Shown here piece after piece: positions 14,722 through 24,761 of a DNA stretch of 38,617 bases (the first letter of the stretch is position 1; each line of letters starts with the position of its first letter). Below the pieces are notes generated by a model. It worked only from the letters and a program-made list of their open reading frames with translations. It was not told where the DNA came from and made no database searches. Made by a program: the position numbers and the translations under genes. Origin of the DNA: a virus; IMG/VR virus record IMGVR_UViG_3300033997_000170, positions 1-38,617 of that record; one strand, written 5' to 3'.

Positions 14722-16416
14722 TTACAACTCTATCCACCCGTAGGTAACAACCCGGAACGCGTATGGAGCCAGCGCACCCGTCGAGAATCGCACGGCGGCC
14801 GCTTCGTTCGTCATCACCTGGGATTCGCTCGCGCCATAGTCTCCCGCCACTCCGGTGCTCATGACGTTGCCGCCCAGGTAGGTGGTGAAGCCCGGCGTGA
14901 TCTGGGCGGCATCAGGCGACATATAGGACGAATAGGAATCGCCACCGGAAGTGAAGATGCCAAGTCGAGCCATCACAGGCGCTCCAGGCGGCACACTGAT
15001 GGTGTAAACCCCATTTACAACGGCTGAAGTAATCGACACGTCCAGTGGCGGCGTATGCCAGCTGAAATGCCGCCCCCTGTTGATGAACGCCAGGATGTTG
15101 CCGCTGCCATCGGTGCGAATCGAGCCGATGCGCCGCACGAGCTCATACCCGGCCGGCACCACGGCCGCCTGCAGGCTCAGCGAGAACAACTGGTCAGCCT
15201 GACCGTCCGAGAGCCGACGCATGGCGAATAGGTGGTACCAGCTGTTGGCAGCACGGGCGCCCGTATCCAGCTTGTTACCGCCAGAACCTGCCGACCAGTC
15301 ACCCGCAGCCTGCAGCACACAGCTCATCGCGCCGCCCAGAGTGACCGGGTTACCCTGGCCGCGCGCCGTACCGGGCTGGACGTCAATGGTGGTGGTCGGT
15401 GCCGCCGCGTTCACAGACATGGTGAAGCCCGACAGATAGCCCTTCGGCGCAGCACCGGTCAGCTGGGCGTCGACCTCAGCCTTGGTATAGGCGTTGTCGA
15501 TCCCGAGCCCCGCCAAGGTCGTCGGACTGGCCCCTGCGATCACCCGCCCGAGCTCGTCGACCGTGACCTTGGTGTAGGTGCCGACGGTGACACCCGTGCG
15601 CCCGGCAATCATTTCGAACACCAGCGGCGTAGTGCCCAAGGTGATCGGCGCGTCGGTGGTTAACTGCCAGACGCTGTCGGCCCCGGCCGTGCCCTGCTCG
15701 ACATGCACGAACAACCCCGGCGTAACTTCAAGGATCGCGTCGGCATCAGCCGCCCTCGACCAAGCGCCATTGGCCGCCACATAAATGCCGTTCTGCGACC
15801 CGGTCGCCTGGTTCTTCACCAGTACGCGGTCGCCCGCCACCACCGCCACGCCGTCGATACTCTGCGCGCCTGACAGGACGATGGCGCCCGTAGTCGCGAC
15901 CCGCACCGAGTTTTTGCTATCGCGCTTGGCCAGCTCGGCGGCGACGTAGTCGATCACGAACGCGCGGGTGGCCTTCACCACCGTGTCGTCGACCACCAGG
16001 GTGACCGAGGCGGCGTTGCTGGTCTCGAAGATCGCCCGGATGTAGAACTCTTTGCCGGCACCGCTGGCCAGCTGGGGCTTGTAGCTCTCCGGGTACTTGC
16101 CGATGGCGTAGAGGATCCCGGTATCAGTCCAGAAGCCCACCTCGCGCACGTACCAGCCGCCGACGTCATCCGGCAGCGACAGCTCGCCCACCAGGTAGCT
16201 GGGGTTCGTTGCGTCCTGCAGGAGGGCGTTGATCGGGCCGCGCCACACTTCGCGGCGCAGGGCCGTCTGCGTTGCGTCGGGGTTGTAGACCGCGCCGTTG
16301 CCATCGCCGACCGACATCTGCTCGAGCTTGATCGGCAGGCCGGCGGCCTTGCGGTTCGCCTCGTAGGCCAGGCCGGCCGACGTCAGGATGGTGTAATACT
16401 CTTGCTGTGCCATCAC
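14722..16416 (-). CDS. Tail fibre protein (P2 gpH-like N-terminus)
   Basis: EYYTILTSAGLAYEANRKAAGLPIKLEQMSVGDGNG matches the conserved gpH N-terminal domain pattern. Confidence 0.85.
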   Translation of the reverse strand: MMAQQEYYTILTSAGLAYEANRKAAGLPIKLEQMSVGDGNGAVYNPDATQTALRREVWRGPINALLQDATNPSYLVGELSLPDDVGGWYVREVGFWTDTGILYAIGKYPESYKPQLASGAGKEFYIRAIFETSNAASVTLVVDDTVVKATRAFVIDYVAAELAKRDSKNSVRVATTGAIVLSGAQSIDGVAVVAGDRVLVKNQATGSQNGIYVAANGAWSRAADADAILEVTPGLFVHVEQGTAGADSVWQLTTDAPITLGTTPLVFEMIAGRTGVTVGTYTKVTVDELGRVIAGASPTTLAGLGIDNAYTKAEVDAQLTGAAPKGYLSGFTMSVNAAAPTTTIDVQPGTARGQGNPVTLGGAMSCVLQAAGDWSAGSGGNKLDTGARAANSWYHLFAMRRLSDGQADQLFSLSLQAAVVPAGYELVRRIGSIRTDGSGNILAFINRGRHFSWHTPPLDVSITSAVVNGVYTISVPPGAPVMARLGIFTSGGDSYSSYMSPDAAQITPGFTTYLGGNVMSTGVAGDYGASESQVMTNEAAAVRFSTGALAPYAFRVVTYGWIEL

Positions 16417-17048
16417 GCCTCCAGCGGGTAAATGGTGGTCGTCTCGACCGTGTTCAGGGCTGCCGCGATGTGTACCGGGTTGCTCTGCTCGAGCTCGGTC
16501 GTCTGCAGCGGGTAGATGGTGGTCGTCTCGCCACAGAGCAGCGCCGAGGCGCGGTAGGTGCGCGACGTGGTGCTAAGCCCGATGCGGGTCGTCAGCACGT
16601 CGCGCTCGCTCATAGCGGCGGCCAGGCGGGCATCCAGCCGGGCGTTGGTCTGCTCGTCGAAGGGCTGCTCGGCCCAGGCCATGACCTCGAAGCTATACGG
16701 CGTGCCGGCGGGCGTTTTCTCGTACCAGGCCGTCACGTCTGGGCGCATCTGCAGGCTCGAGACGGCCTGCTCGAGGGCGCGGCGGGTGCCGGCCAGGCGC
16801 TTGACCTCCCAGGCCGTGCGCACCGTGGCGCGCTTCTCGGCCTCCGGCGCGCTCGGCTGCCATTCGCTGACGCCGCGATCAGCCGCCAGATACGGCAGGA
16901 AGTCGAGCGGCGAGGCCGCCGGATCCATCAGCGCCGGGAACGGTGGCTCGATGCGCTCGAGCAGCTTCGCGAAAGCGAGATCCAGGCCCGCCTCGAGCAG
17001 CGAGCGGTTCGGCGGCAATAGGCTCAGGGCCTGGGCTTCATCGCTCAT
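16413..17048 (-). CDS. Baseplate / tail protein I (P2 gpI-like)
   Basis: LLPPNRSLLE...FLPYLA motif typical of gpI, and position. Confidence 0.8.
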   Translation of the reverse strand: MSDEAQALSLLPPNRSLLEAGLDLAFAKLLERIEPPFPALMDPAASPLDFLPYLAADRGVSEWQPSAPEAEKRATVRTAWEVKRLAGTRRALEQAVSSLQMRPDVTAWYEKTPAGTPYSFEVMAWAEQPFDEQTNARLDARLAAAMSERDVLTTRIGLSTTSRTYRASALLCGETTTIYPLQTTELEQSNPVHIAAALNTVETTTIYPLEA

Positions 17049-18043
17049 AGCGTCCTGACCTCGACGTTAATCCCGGTGCAGTAGGGCGCCTGGTGTGCAG
17101 CGCACTCGATTGGCGCCGTCGGGGCTAGCAGCTCGAGGCGCTCGGCGCCGGCCGCATGCAGCACGTAGTCGATCCGGCTCGGATCCACATAGCTGCCCAG
17201 GCGGTGGCGCTGGGCCGCGTAGGCCGCCAGGGCCTCCTCGGCGGCGGCCTGGGTCAGCTGGGCATCTGGGCCGGGACTGATGTAGACCACCGCGTTGATC
17301 TGGTAGCCGACGATGGCCGCAGCCTGCACGGTGACCTGGTCGGTCTCCGGCTTCACGTCATCGCGGGCGAAGTGCGCCGCGACCGCGGCCAGCAGCTCGG
17401 GGCTGGGCGTGCCGTTACCCTCCCGCGACAGCACGGTGACGGTCACCGCCCCGGGCGCCGTGCGGCGCCCGTTGGCGTCCTTCATCTGCGCGGCGAAGCC
17501 GTCCTCGGCGAAGTTGTAAGTCACCACCAGCTGGCCGGCGCTGGGCGCCTCCACGGTGACCGTGGCGCGCTCGCCCAGGGTCATGGCCTCGCGCCGGTAC
17601 TGCAGGCGAGAGCCAGCGGCCGGGGCATGCGGCGCCAGGTAGTAGCGCAGGCGCAGGTCGTCGTCGCCCTCGAGCACCGGGTCGACCGGCGGGAAGGCGT
17701 TCGGGTCGCCCTCGTCGATGACCCGGCGCTCGAGGCCGAGATCCGCGGCGCGGGCGTCGAGGTTGGAGCCCTCGGCCCACCAGGCCAGCATCTGCTTGAT
17801 GCGGGCGTTGTACTTGCGTTCGTGCATCTGCAGGCGCAGCGTCATGGCCTGCAGGGCCATGGCCAGCAGCTCGCTGTCGTTTTCCAGCGACTCGGCCAGG
17901 CGCGCGGCCTTCTCGGGATCCCGCGCGGCGACATAGGCCAGCAAGTCGGCCTTGAACTCGGCCAGCAGCGTCTCGAACTGCTCGACCTTGACGATTTCCG
18001 GCTCGGCCAGCTGGTTGAGCCCGGGGATAAGCATCGTGCTCAC
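17045..18043 (-). CDS. Baseplate assembly protein J (P2 gpJ-like)
   Basis: 332 aa, positioned between W and I. Confidence 0.8.
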   Translation of the reverse strand: MSTMLIPGLNQLAEPEIVKVEQFETLLAEFKADLLAYVAARDPEKAARLAESLENDSELLAMALQAMTLRLQMHERKYNARIKQMLAWWAEGSNLDARAADLGLERRVIDEGDPNAFPPVDPVLEGDDDLRLRYYLAPHAPAAGSRLQYRREAMTLGERATVTVEAPSAGQLVVTYNFAEDGFAAQMKDANGRRTAPGAVTVTVLSREGNGTPSPELLAAVAAHFARDDVKPETDQVTVQAAAIVGYQINAVVYISPGPDAQLTQAAAEEALAAYAAQRHRLGSYVDPSRIDYVLHAAGAERLELLAPTAPIECAAHQAPYCTGINVEVRTL

Positions 18044-18372
18044 GTGACCACCTCGAACGTCATCTTGCGGTTGTGCCAGGTGCCGGCCAGGCGCAGCCGC
18101 AGGCCGGCGCCTTCACGGGTGGCCACCACCGTTTCGGGCTTGAAGTCGCTGATGCCGTTGGCCTCGTTGTAGAAGGCGTCGACGGCGTCGGCCTGGGCCA
18201 GGATCAGCAGCTGGTCGCCCAGGTTGCGGCCGAACCGCGTCGGTAGCCGGCAGCCATAAAGGGGCCGCTTCTGGCGGGTGCCGAGCGGGGTTGTCAGCGC
18301 GCAGGTGGCGCGCTGCACGAATTGGGGCCAGTCGTCGACCGTCGCCCCAGTGTCTCTGTCGATTCCGATCAT
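18040..18372 (-). CDS. Baseplate assembly protein W (gp25-like)
   Basis: Starts at MIGIDRDTG (ATG 18370-18372), 110 aa. The 459-aa ORF in the track is a composite. Confidence 0.8.
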   Translation of the reverse strand: MIGIDRDTGATVDDWPQFVQRATCALTTPLGTRQKRPLYGCRLPTRFGRNLGDQLLILAQADAVDAFYNEANGISDFKPETVVATREGAGLRLRLAGTWHNRKMTFEVVT

Positions 18373-18986
18373 TGCGGCGGCCCTGATGTGCTGCCGGCTT
18401 GCGGCATGGTGTCTTTGTGCCGGTGATCCTTGCCGATGTTGGTGCCGGCGTGATCGACCGCAGGCCCGACCAGGTGAACGCCCGAGGCGTCGATGCGCAC
18501 GCCGCTGCCGTTGCTCAGCAGCTCGATGCCGGCCTGGTCGGCCTTGACAGTGGTCGGGCCGTTCTTCCATTCCAGGGCATGGGCGGCGTGGTCGTAGCTG
18601 CTTTCGGTGCCGTCCGGGTAGGTGCGGCGGTGCAGTTCGGCGCGATCGGAGACCGGCGGGAACTGCGCCGAGGGCAGCCCCAGGAGGGCCACCGCCTGGG
18701 CGCTGCCGTCGCCGCCGCCGTAGTTCAGCAGCAGGCACTGCTCGCCCACCGACGGGTGCCGGGTCTCGTTGACCTCTCCGGCCGCGAGGCTGGCGTATTT
18801 GATCCAGGGCGAGCGCAGCTCGCCGTGGCTGACCTGGCAGACGCCCTTCACCGGATCCACTGCCGCCACCGTGCCGATGCGGTTGTGCCCCTCGGCGCGG
18901 CGGCGCAGATCCTCGAGCTCGGCCTCCAGCGCCGCCAGGCGCTCGATCAGCGGCCCCAGCTGCAGGCGCAGGTAGGCGTCGAACAT
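18369..18986 (-). CDS. Baseplate assembly protein V / spike (P2 gpV-like)
   Basis: 205 aa. N-terminal coiled segment followed by the GTVAAVDPVKGVCQV OB-like motif. Confidence 0.8.
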   Translation of the reverse strand: MFDAYLRLQLGPLIERLAALEAELEDLRRRAEGHNRIGTVAAVDPVKGVCQVSHGELRSPWIKYASLAAGEVNETRHPSVGEQCLLLNYGGGDGSAQAVALLGLPSAQFPPVSDRAELHRRTYPDGTESSYDHAAHALEWKNGPTTVKADQAGIELLSNGSGVRIDASGVHLVGPAVDHAGTNIGKDHRHKDTMPQAGSTSGPPQ

Positions 18987-18989
18987 GGG

Positions 18990-19520
18990 TCAGGTCTCCA
19001 GCTGGTGATAGCCCTCCGGGTTGTCCAGGTCGTCGACCTGCCAGCTGTACGCAACCAAGGGGGCGGTGTTGAGGAGGATCTCGGCCGGCGGCTCGCCAGG
19101 CGTCACCACCTGCTGGAACGTGGCGCCCCAGGCGTCGTAGCCGTCGGCACCGCGCTGGAACATCGAGGGGCCGCTGCGCATCTCGCAGGGCTGCTCGCAG
19201 TTGCGACCGTGGAAGCCCCAGCGGTTGCGATCGGCCAGGCGCTCCAGGCAGGTGGCCAGGTTGACCGCCTCGAGCGCCGAGTGCTTTCGCCACCGGCCGA
19301 CGACGGCGTGCAGGGTGACGGTGACGGCGTGCGTGTAGCGACCGTCGTTTTGCCTGACTGCCGGGGTGGTGCGCTCGAGCTCGATCAGCACCGAGGCATG
19401 GCGCACCTTGCCGTCCCATTCGTCGTAGTTGGCCACGTCGACGCCCAGGCCCGCGGCGTGGATGGCGTCGCCGATGGCGAAGAACAGGTCGGAGACCTGG
19501 TTAAGCGGTCTGTAGGACAT
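18990..19520 (-). CDS. Tail terminator / tail completion protein (by position)
   Basis: 176 aa, between the Z-like gene and the baseplate genes. Confidence 0.4.
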   Translation of the reverse strand: MSYRPLNQVSDLFFAIGDAIHAAGLGVDVANYDEWDGKVRHASVLIELERTTPAVRQNDGRYTHAVTVTLHAVVGRWRKHSALEAVNLATCLERLADRNRWGFHGRNCEQPCEMRSGPSMFQRGADGYDAWGATFQQVVTPGEPPAEILLNTAPLVAYSWQVDDLDNPEGYHQLET

Positions 19521-20025
19521 AGCGCGCCTCCTGCTCGAACAGCTCCATGAAGCGCTCCAGGGCGCGGCGCTCCCAGCGCTCCAGGGCGCTGACTGCCGGG
19601 CCTTCCCAGTCCTCGGTCACCTTCTCGATCGGCAAGCGCTCGCGGCCCTTGCGACGGAAGACCAGGCGCTGGGTGGACTTCATCGGCGAGATGAATGCCG
19701 CGTCGTACTCCCGGTGGCCGACCTTCACGCCCGTGCGGGTCTGCCGGGGCGTGCCCAGGTAGTGAACGCCGATCGGCTGCAGGCCGACCCAGAGCTTCAC
19801 CTCGCGGGCCGTCGACTGGCTGTAGATGTTGTAGCGGTGCCGGATCGGGCTTTGCGTGATGCCGAGCTCGCGGGCGATCTCCCTCGAACTATGCGTGCGC
19901 AGCCACTGCGCCGTCTTGCGCAGGGCGCGGGCGGCGGCAACGTCCAGCTTGCGCGGGGCGTCGGCTATGGCGCGTTCCACGTCGCCCCAGCCGTCCACCT
20001 CGAAATTCAGTTGGAAGCCTGCCAC
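19501..20025 (-). CDS. Tail completion protein (lambda gpZ / Minor_tail_Z-like)
   Basis: 174 aa. The pattern ARALRKTAQWLRTHSSREIARELGITQSPIRHR and its position support the call. Confidence 0.5.
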   Translation of the reverse strand: MAGFQLNFEVDGWGDVERAIADAPRKLDVAAARALRKTAQWLRTHSSREIARELGITQSPIRHRYNIYSQSTAREVKLWVGLQPIGVHYLGTPRQTRTGVKVGHREYDAAFISPMKSTQRLVFRRKGRERLPIEKVTEDWEGPAVSALERWERRALERFMELFEQEARYVLQTA

Positions 20026-20387
20026 TTTCCACGCTCCCCGGCCGGGGCCGAGCGGTCACCGTAGGGGATCAGGGTCAGCAGCACGCGCAGCCGGCCCAGC
20101 GGTTCCACGTTGGCGATCGAGTAATCCGACCCAGCGAGCACCGCCTTGGTCAGCTTCCAGTCGGCCGGGGCGTCAGCCCGGGCCAGCTGCAGCTTCACCT
20201 GGTCGGGCCTGACGCGCAGGCTCGAGGCGTTCGGATCCACGCCCGACCGATACAGCCGGCCGGATCCGTCCGGTGCCCCCTCGAGGGCGCGCACGGTGCG
20301 CGCAGGCTGCCCAGGCTCGAGCAGCTGCACGGTGGTACCGAACTCGTCGGGGTCGAAGAAGTCGCCGAGATCCTCGGCGCCGATCAC
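20007..20387 (-). CDS. Head-tail joining protein (lambda gpFII-like)
   Basis: 126 aa. DFFDPDEFGT...SLRVRPDQV...ANVEPLG pattern resembles lambda FII. Confidence 0.55.
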   Translation of the reverse strand: MIGAEDLGDFFDPDEFGTTVQLLEPGQPARTVRALEGAPDGSGRLYRSGVDPNASSLRVRPDQVKLQLARADAPADWKLTKAVLAGSDYSIANVEPLGRLRVLLTLIPYGDRSAPAGERGKWQASN

Positions 20388-20818
20388 TTCTTAGCCGCCG
20401 CGGCCTTGGCCTTTTCCAGGGCCGCGACTTCATCGGCCAGGGCCTTCTTCTGCTTGCCCAGGTCGTCGACCTCGGCCTGCAGGGTGGTGCGCTGCTGGCC
20501 GAACTGCTCGATGTCGCTTTCCAGCGCCTTGAGGTCACCGGCCAGCTCGGTCTTGCGCTCCTGCAGGCGATCGACGTCGGCGATCAGCTGCGCCTGGTCA
20601 GCCTGCAGCTGGGCGTCGAAGGCATCCGCGCCGCCCTCCTGGGCACGATACTCGGCGATCTCCTCGGGAGTCGCGTCGCGGCACAGCTTCGAGCCGAACC
20701 AGTCGTTGCGGATGGCGCGCTCGACCTCGAGCGTGGTGTTTTCGGGGATCACGTCACCGTGCACGGTGAGATCCGTCAGCAGCACCACCAGGGCGGTGCG
20801 GGCTTGCGTGGTAGACAT
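20384..20818 (-). CDS. Hypothetical head-associated protein with a C-terminal coiled coil (144 aa)
   Basis: ATG at 20818 preferred over GTG at 20827. Long heptad-like C-terminal region. Confidence 0.5.
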   Translation of the reverse strand: MSTTQARTALVVLLTDLTVHGDVIPENTTLEVERAIRNDWFGSKLCRDATPEEIAEYRAQEGGADAFDAQLQADQAQLIADVDRLQERKTELAGDLKALESDIEQFGQQRTTLQAEVDDLGKQKKALADEVAALEKAKAAAAKK

Positions 20819-20890
20819 AGGGAGCACCTATTCAGGGAAAGAGGCAAAACGGGGGCCGGAGCCCCCTACCTGCCCGCTTTCAGGTTCGGG

Positions 20891-22765
20891 TTAGGCGGCG
20901 GCTTTCTTGCCGACGCAGAAGGCTTCTTTGCGGCGCACGGCGGCGTCGACGTCTTGGAAGACGCGCAGCATCAGGCCGTCGCTGCCAGCCAGGGCATACG
21001 GGTCGGGCTTGAGATCCAGCACGCCCCACAGGCCGCACACCAGCTGCGAGAAGTCGCCATAGAGCCAGTCATCGGCCGGCATCTGGTTGGTGGCGTGGGC
21101 GGCGTAGCCGTTGACCTCGCCGCCTTGCCAGATCCGCTCGCCGGTATTCGCGAAGACCTGGGTCTTCTTCGCCGCGCCACGCTGCACCGGGCTGGTCAGG
21201 TAGGCCAGGCCGCTGCCCTCGACGTTGAAGGTGGCCGCCTTGGTCTCCATCTCGACGACGGAAGCCCAGTCGATGCCGCCGATCGGGTAGGTCACCGACG
21301 GCAGGCCGACCTGGTTCAGCAGGCCCAGCGGCTGGTTGTCGGCGCCGGTACCGCGCAGCATGGCCAGGTCGATGGCAACGCCCAGGCCTTCGACCAGGTC
21401 GCTGATGATGAGCGCCTCGACCGACTTCGCCGCCTGCTTGCGCAGCTTGCGGGTGACCGGGATCGCGCCCGCGATGGTCTTCGGCGACAGCGCGATGGTG
21501 GTCAGGTCGAAGTCGCTCGGGGTGACGTTGTCGCCCTCGCCCAGCCAGTAGAAGTTGGAGCCGTTGACCTTCTTCGGCAGATCCAGGTCGCCGACCAGGC
21601 CGCCGAGCATGCGCATGCCCAGCTTGGCCATCATGGTCTTGTTGCGCAGGATGTCGATGAACTGGTCGACGCGCAGCTCGGTGGCCACCAGCTCGCCGCC
21701 CTTGCCCGCTTCGCCCTTCGACATACCACGCACGAGCAGGTCATGCGGCACGAAGAAGCCGCGGGCCTCTTTCTTGAGGGTGTCGGCCAGGGCGAGGCTG
21801 ACTTCGCGCTCGAGGCCGGCCTTCGACCAGTCCTTCTCGGCGTAGGCGTTCAGGGCACGCATCAGCGAGAACTGATCCATTTCCTTTTCGGTCATGCCCA
21901 TGCCGCGCGCGGAAACATCCTTGACGAAGCCCGGCAGGTCGCGCTCGCCGTCCTTCGGAGCCTTGGGCGCGAGCGGCTTCGGCTGGCCCGGCATGGCGCG
22001 CTCGAGCAGCACGGCGCGGAATTGGTCGATCGACTGGCCGGAGCTCACCGCGCTGGCGGCCAGCTCGCGCTGGTTGTAGCGCTCGCCCAGGATGTTGATG
22101 TCGGCGATGCGCTGACGCTCCAGCAGCACCGGGTCGGTGGTAACGGCCGGCTGCTCGCGGGTCTGACCGTCGTCTTGGGGTTCGTTCGGCTTCGGCATTG
22201 CAATACCTCGAATGGTGATGGTGTTGGTTGTTGCATCGTTGGAGCGCCCCACCCCGACGGTCGGGTCTGCAGGCACGGAAACGCTGGAAACCTCGTAGGG
22301 CTCCCAGCGGGTAACGCGGTAGTGATCGAGGCCGTTCTCCGAACGCTCGAGCACCATTTCATGCACCAGGTAGCCGCAGCTGATGTTGCGGCGGATCCCG
22401 TCGGCGACGTCCTGCCAGATCTCCTCGGCGTACTGCCCTCGGGAGAAGCGCACCAGGGCGCGCAGCTTGCGGTCGCCGTCCAGCCAGGCCTTCTCGACGA
22501 CGCCGATCTGCCGCCAGTGCTGGTCGAGCAGCGGCGCGCCGGCATGCAGGCGGGTGAGGTCGATCGAGTCGGGCGAGTGGTCGAGCACTTCCATGCCGAA
22601 CCAGCGCCGCACGGGGTATTCACTGGATACCGCGACCTCGACGGTGCGCTGTTCGGTGTCCAGGGTGCCGATGTCCACGGCAAGCGAGCGCTGCAGCTGC
22701 TGCCCTTCGATCTGGCGAATGACAGGCAGCGGCGCGCTACTCGTCGGAGTCGAGCTCTTCGGCAT
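20891..22765 (-). CDS. Prohead protease (S78 / HK97 type) fused to scaffold linker and HK97-fold major capsid protein (624 aa)
   Basis: N-terminal LLDQHWRQIGVVEKAWLDGDRKL...ISCGYLVHE protease-like region and a C-terminal HK97-type capsid region. GAGGAG SD. The start overlaps the portal end by 29 nt. Confidence 0.75.
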   Translation of the reverse strand: MPKSSTPTSSAPLPVIRQIEGQQLQRSLAVDIGTLDTEQRTVEVAVSSEYPVRRWFGMEVLDHSPDSIDLTRLHAGAPLLDQHWRQIGVVEKAWLDGDRKLRALVRFSRGQYAEEIWQDVADGIRRNISCGYLVHEMVLERSENGLDHYRVTRWEPYEVSSVSVPADPTVGVGRSNDATTNTITIRGIAMPKPNEPQDDGQTREQPAVTTDPVLLERQRIADINILGERYNQRELAASAVSSGQSIDQFRAVLLERAMPGQPKPLAPKAPKDGERDLPGFVKDVSARGMGMTEKEMDQFSLMRALNAYAEKDWSKAGLEREVSLALADTLKKEARGFFVPHDLLVRGMSKGEAGKGGELVATELRVDQFIDILRNKTMMAKLGMRMLGGLVGDLDLPKKVNGSNFYWLGEGDNVTPSDFDLTTIALSPKTIAGAIPVTRKLRKQAAKSVEALIISDLVEGLGVAIDLAMLRGTGADNQPLGLLNQVGLPSVTYPIGGIDWASVVEMETKAATFNVEGSGLAYLTSPVQRGAAKKTQVFANTGERIWQGGEVNGYAAHATNQMPADDWLYGDFSQLVCGLWGVLDLKPDPYALAGSDGLMLRVFQDVDAAVRRKEAFCVGKKAAA

Positions 22766-24242
22766 TGGCCGGCTCCTCTGCTTTCGGTTTGTTGGGATCA
22801 GCGAGCAGCCCCTTCTCGCGGAGCAGCTGCTCCTCGGCCTCGATCTCCTCGAAGATCTCGTCGGGGTCGTCGCCATTGAGGCGGATGTAATAGGCGCGCG
22901 ACTTGGTGCGGTTGCCAATGCTCTCGGTCGCCGCTTTCGAGTCTTTCAAGGGGTCGACCCAATCCCAGCCACGGGCCTGCCATTCCTGGTCGCTGCAGCG
23001 GGCCAGATCGCGCGGGGCGATCTTGATCGCGCCCTTGAGCAAGGCGCAGTTGAACCACTCCTCGCCCACGCGCTCGAGCAGCTCGCTGATGACGAACTCC
23101 TGGCAGCACTTGTAGAAGTCGCGCTCGTCCAGCTCGCCGGAGCGCAGCGAGGAGTAGCTGACGCCCTCCAGGTCGTTGGCCAGGCGGTTGTAGCTCGGCC
23201 CCAGGCCGGCAGCGCCGCCGCGCAGGGTGTCCTTCACGAACGGCGCGTAGTCGCTACCGGGCGAGGCGTTCTGGTGCGGCTTGTAGGTCAAGCCGTAGGG
23301 CAGCACCTTGGTGGTGCCGGCCTCGACCTCCTCGAGCACGTCGACGTCTTCGCCCTCGTCGGGCGGATCCAGCCACTCGGCGTCCTGCTCATAGAAGCCG
23401 GTGATCTTCGCGCCGTGCTCGGCCTTGACCAGGGTCGCCGAGCGAAACTCGCCCAGGTGGTGGATGTCCACCGCCGCCGCGTGCGTCCAGGTGAAGCCGC
23501 GCGACTGATGAGGCCGCCACGGGTCGAAGGTATGGATCAGCTCGCTGGCCGGGATCCGCTCGTAGCGTTCCTCGGCGCGGCGCAGGATGTCGCCGGGGTG
23601 GTCTCTCAGCATCCAGTACGCGACCGGGCGCTCCCACTCGTCGATCTCGACGCCCATCCTGATGCGGTTGCCGTTGTCCAGCAGCTCGTTGAGGTGCAGG
23701 TCGAGGCGATCGGCCTCGAGGATCTGCAGCGCGAAGCCCCAGCGGTTCGGCCAGTTTCGCACCAGGCGCACGAGCACCTCGCCATCGCGGGCCAGGGTGT
23801 CGAGCCACAGCCAGGAGAAGGTGACGTAGCTATAGCGGCCGGTGACGTCGAAGACGCCCTTTTTGCAGAACTTGCGCCACTCCTTTTCGATCAGGCGCCG
23901 GGTGATCCGGTCGGCCTTGCCGTCCGGCAGCACGGCCTTGGACTGCAGGCGGATGCCATACGGCCCGATGACGTTCTGCCGCAGCAGGCGGTAGAAGCGC
24001 TTGAGGTAGGAGGTGTTGATCGACTGCTCTCGAGCCCGCTGCCGCAGGGTCTCGTGGTCGGCGAAGATCAGCTGGTCGGCATCGGTGCCGCTCGTGCGGC
24101 CCGACCAGGCCTTCGCCAGGCGCCCGCCGCTGGCCATCTTGAAGCCGCGGCGCCGCCCCACTTGCGGCTCGATTCGAGCAGCTGCAGGCGATGGGGCACC
24201 GCCCAGGCCGAACAAGCGGCCCAGGGCTTTCAACGGTTGCAT
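22737..24242 (-). CDS. Portal protein (lambda gpB family)
   Basis: 501 aa, typical lambda-family portal sequence, acidic C-terminus. Confidence 0.85.
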   Translation of the reverse strand: MQPLKALGRLFGLGGAPSPAAARIEPQVGRRRGFKMASGGRLAKAWSGRTSGTDADQLIFADHETLRQRAREQSINTSYLKRFYRLLRQNVIGPYGIRLQSKAVLPDGKADRITRRLIEKEWRKFCKKGVFDVTGRYSYVTFSWLWLDTLARDGEVLVRLVRNWPNRWGFALQILEADRLDLHLNELLDNGNRIRMGVEIDEWERPVAYWMLRDHPGDILRRAEERYERIPASELIHTFDPWRPHQSRGFTWTHAAAVDIHHLGEFRSATLVKAEHGAKITGFYEQDAEWLDPPDEGEDVDVLEEVEAGTTKVLPYGLTYKPHQNASPGSDYAPFVKDTLRGGAAGLGPSYNRLANDLEGVSYSSLRSGELDERDFYKCCQEFVISELLERVGEEWFNCALLKGAIKIAPRDLARCSDQEWQARGWDWVDPLKDSKAATESIGNRTKSRAYYIRLNGDDPDEIFEEIEAEEQLLREKGLLADPNKPKAEEPANAEELDSDE

Positions 24243-24245
24243 AGG

Positions 24246-24761
24246 CTACCCCATGGACAATTTGACCACCCGGCCGGTCGGCCAGCGGCGGTTCTTCTCG
24301 CGCTGCAGCTCGCGCCGGTACTTGCTGCGCAGGGCATCGAGGCGCTCGATCGGGATCCGGTCGAGCCGCATGCCGTCGATCTCGTAGCTCTGCTGGTCTT
24401 TCGGGATCCGCTTCTCGAGCGCGGCCTCGATCAGCGCGAGCATGCGCTGGGCATGGCTGCGCGCGTCCGATGGCTCGGCCGTCTCGAGGTTGGCGCCGAT
24501 CTCCAGCGTGCCGCTGTCGAGCGTCAGGCGCTGGCCCGCCTTGATGGCCAGGGCCACCCAGCGATACAGCCCTGGCGCCCAGCTGGCGGTGGTCTCGGCG
24601 GCGATCTCGACCCGGTACGGGGCGCCCGCCTGGGCCTCGATCACGTGCCGGTCTGGCCCGCTCAGCACATAGCGCAGCGACCAGCCGGCCGATGCCGGAT
24701 ATTCCGGCACGTCGCGCTCCCAGGCGACGGAGTCGCCCGCGTGCAGTTGTGTCGGTTCCAT
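24246..24761 (-). CDS. Head-tail joining protein with a gpW-like C-terminal domain (171 aa)
   Basis: Lies between terL and the portal gene, as in lambda. C-terminal SYEIDGMRLDRIPIERLDALRSKYRREL resembles the gpW family. Confidence 0.5.
   Translation of the reverse strand: MEPTQLHAGDSVAWERDVPEYPASAGWSLRYVLSGPDRHVIEAQAGAPYRVEIAAETTASWAPGLYRWVALAIKAGQRLTLDSGTLEIGANLETAEPSDARSHAQRMLALIEAALEKRIPKDQQSYEIDGMRLDRIPIERLDALRSKYRRELQREKNRRWPTGRVVKLSMG

Noticed and set aside
18040-19419. 459-aa minus-strand ORF spanning the W, V and upstream genes. Similar composites occur at 10931-11644, 11056-11907, 28444-29250, 28947-29651, 24788-27178 and 20891-22918
   Set aside because: They are read-through of upstream out-of-frame sequence. 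Only the 3' portions, from internal ATGs with an SD, are real genes, and the N-terminal parts are Arg/Pro/Gly junk overlapping real genes in other frames.
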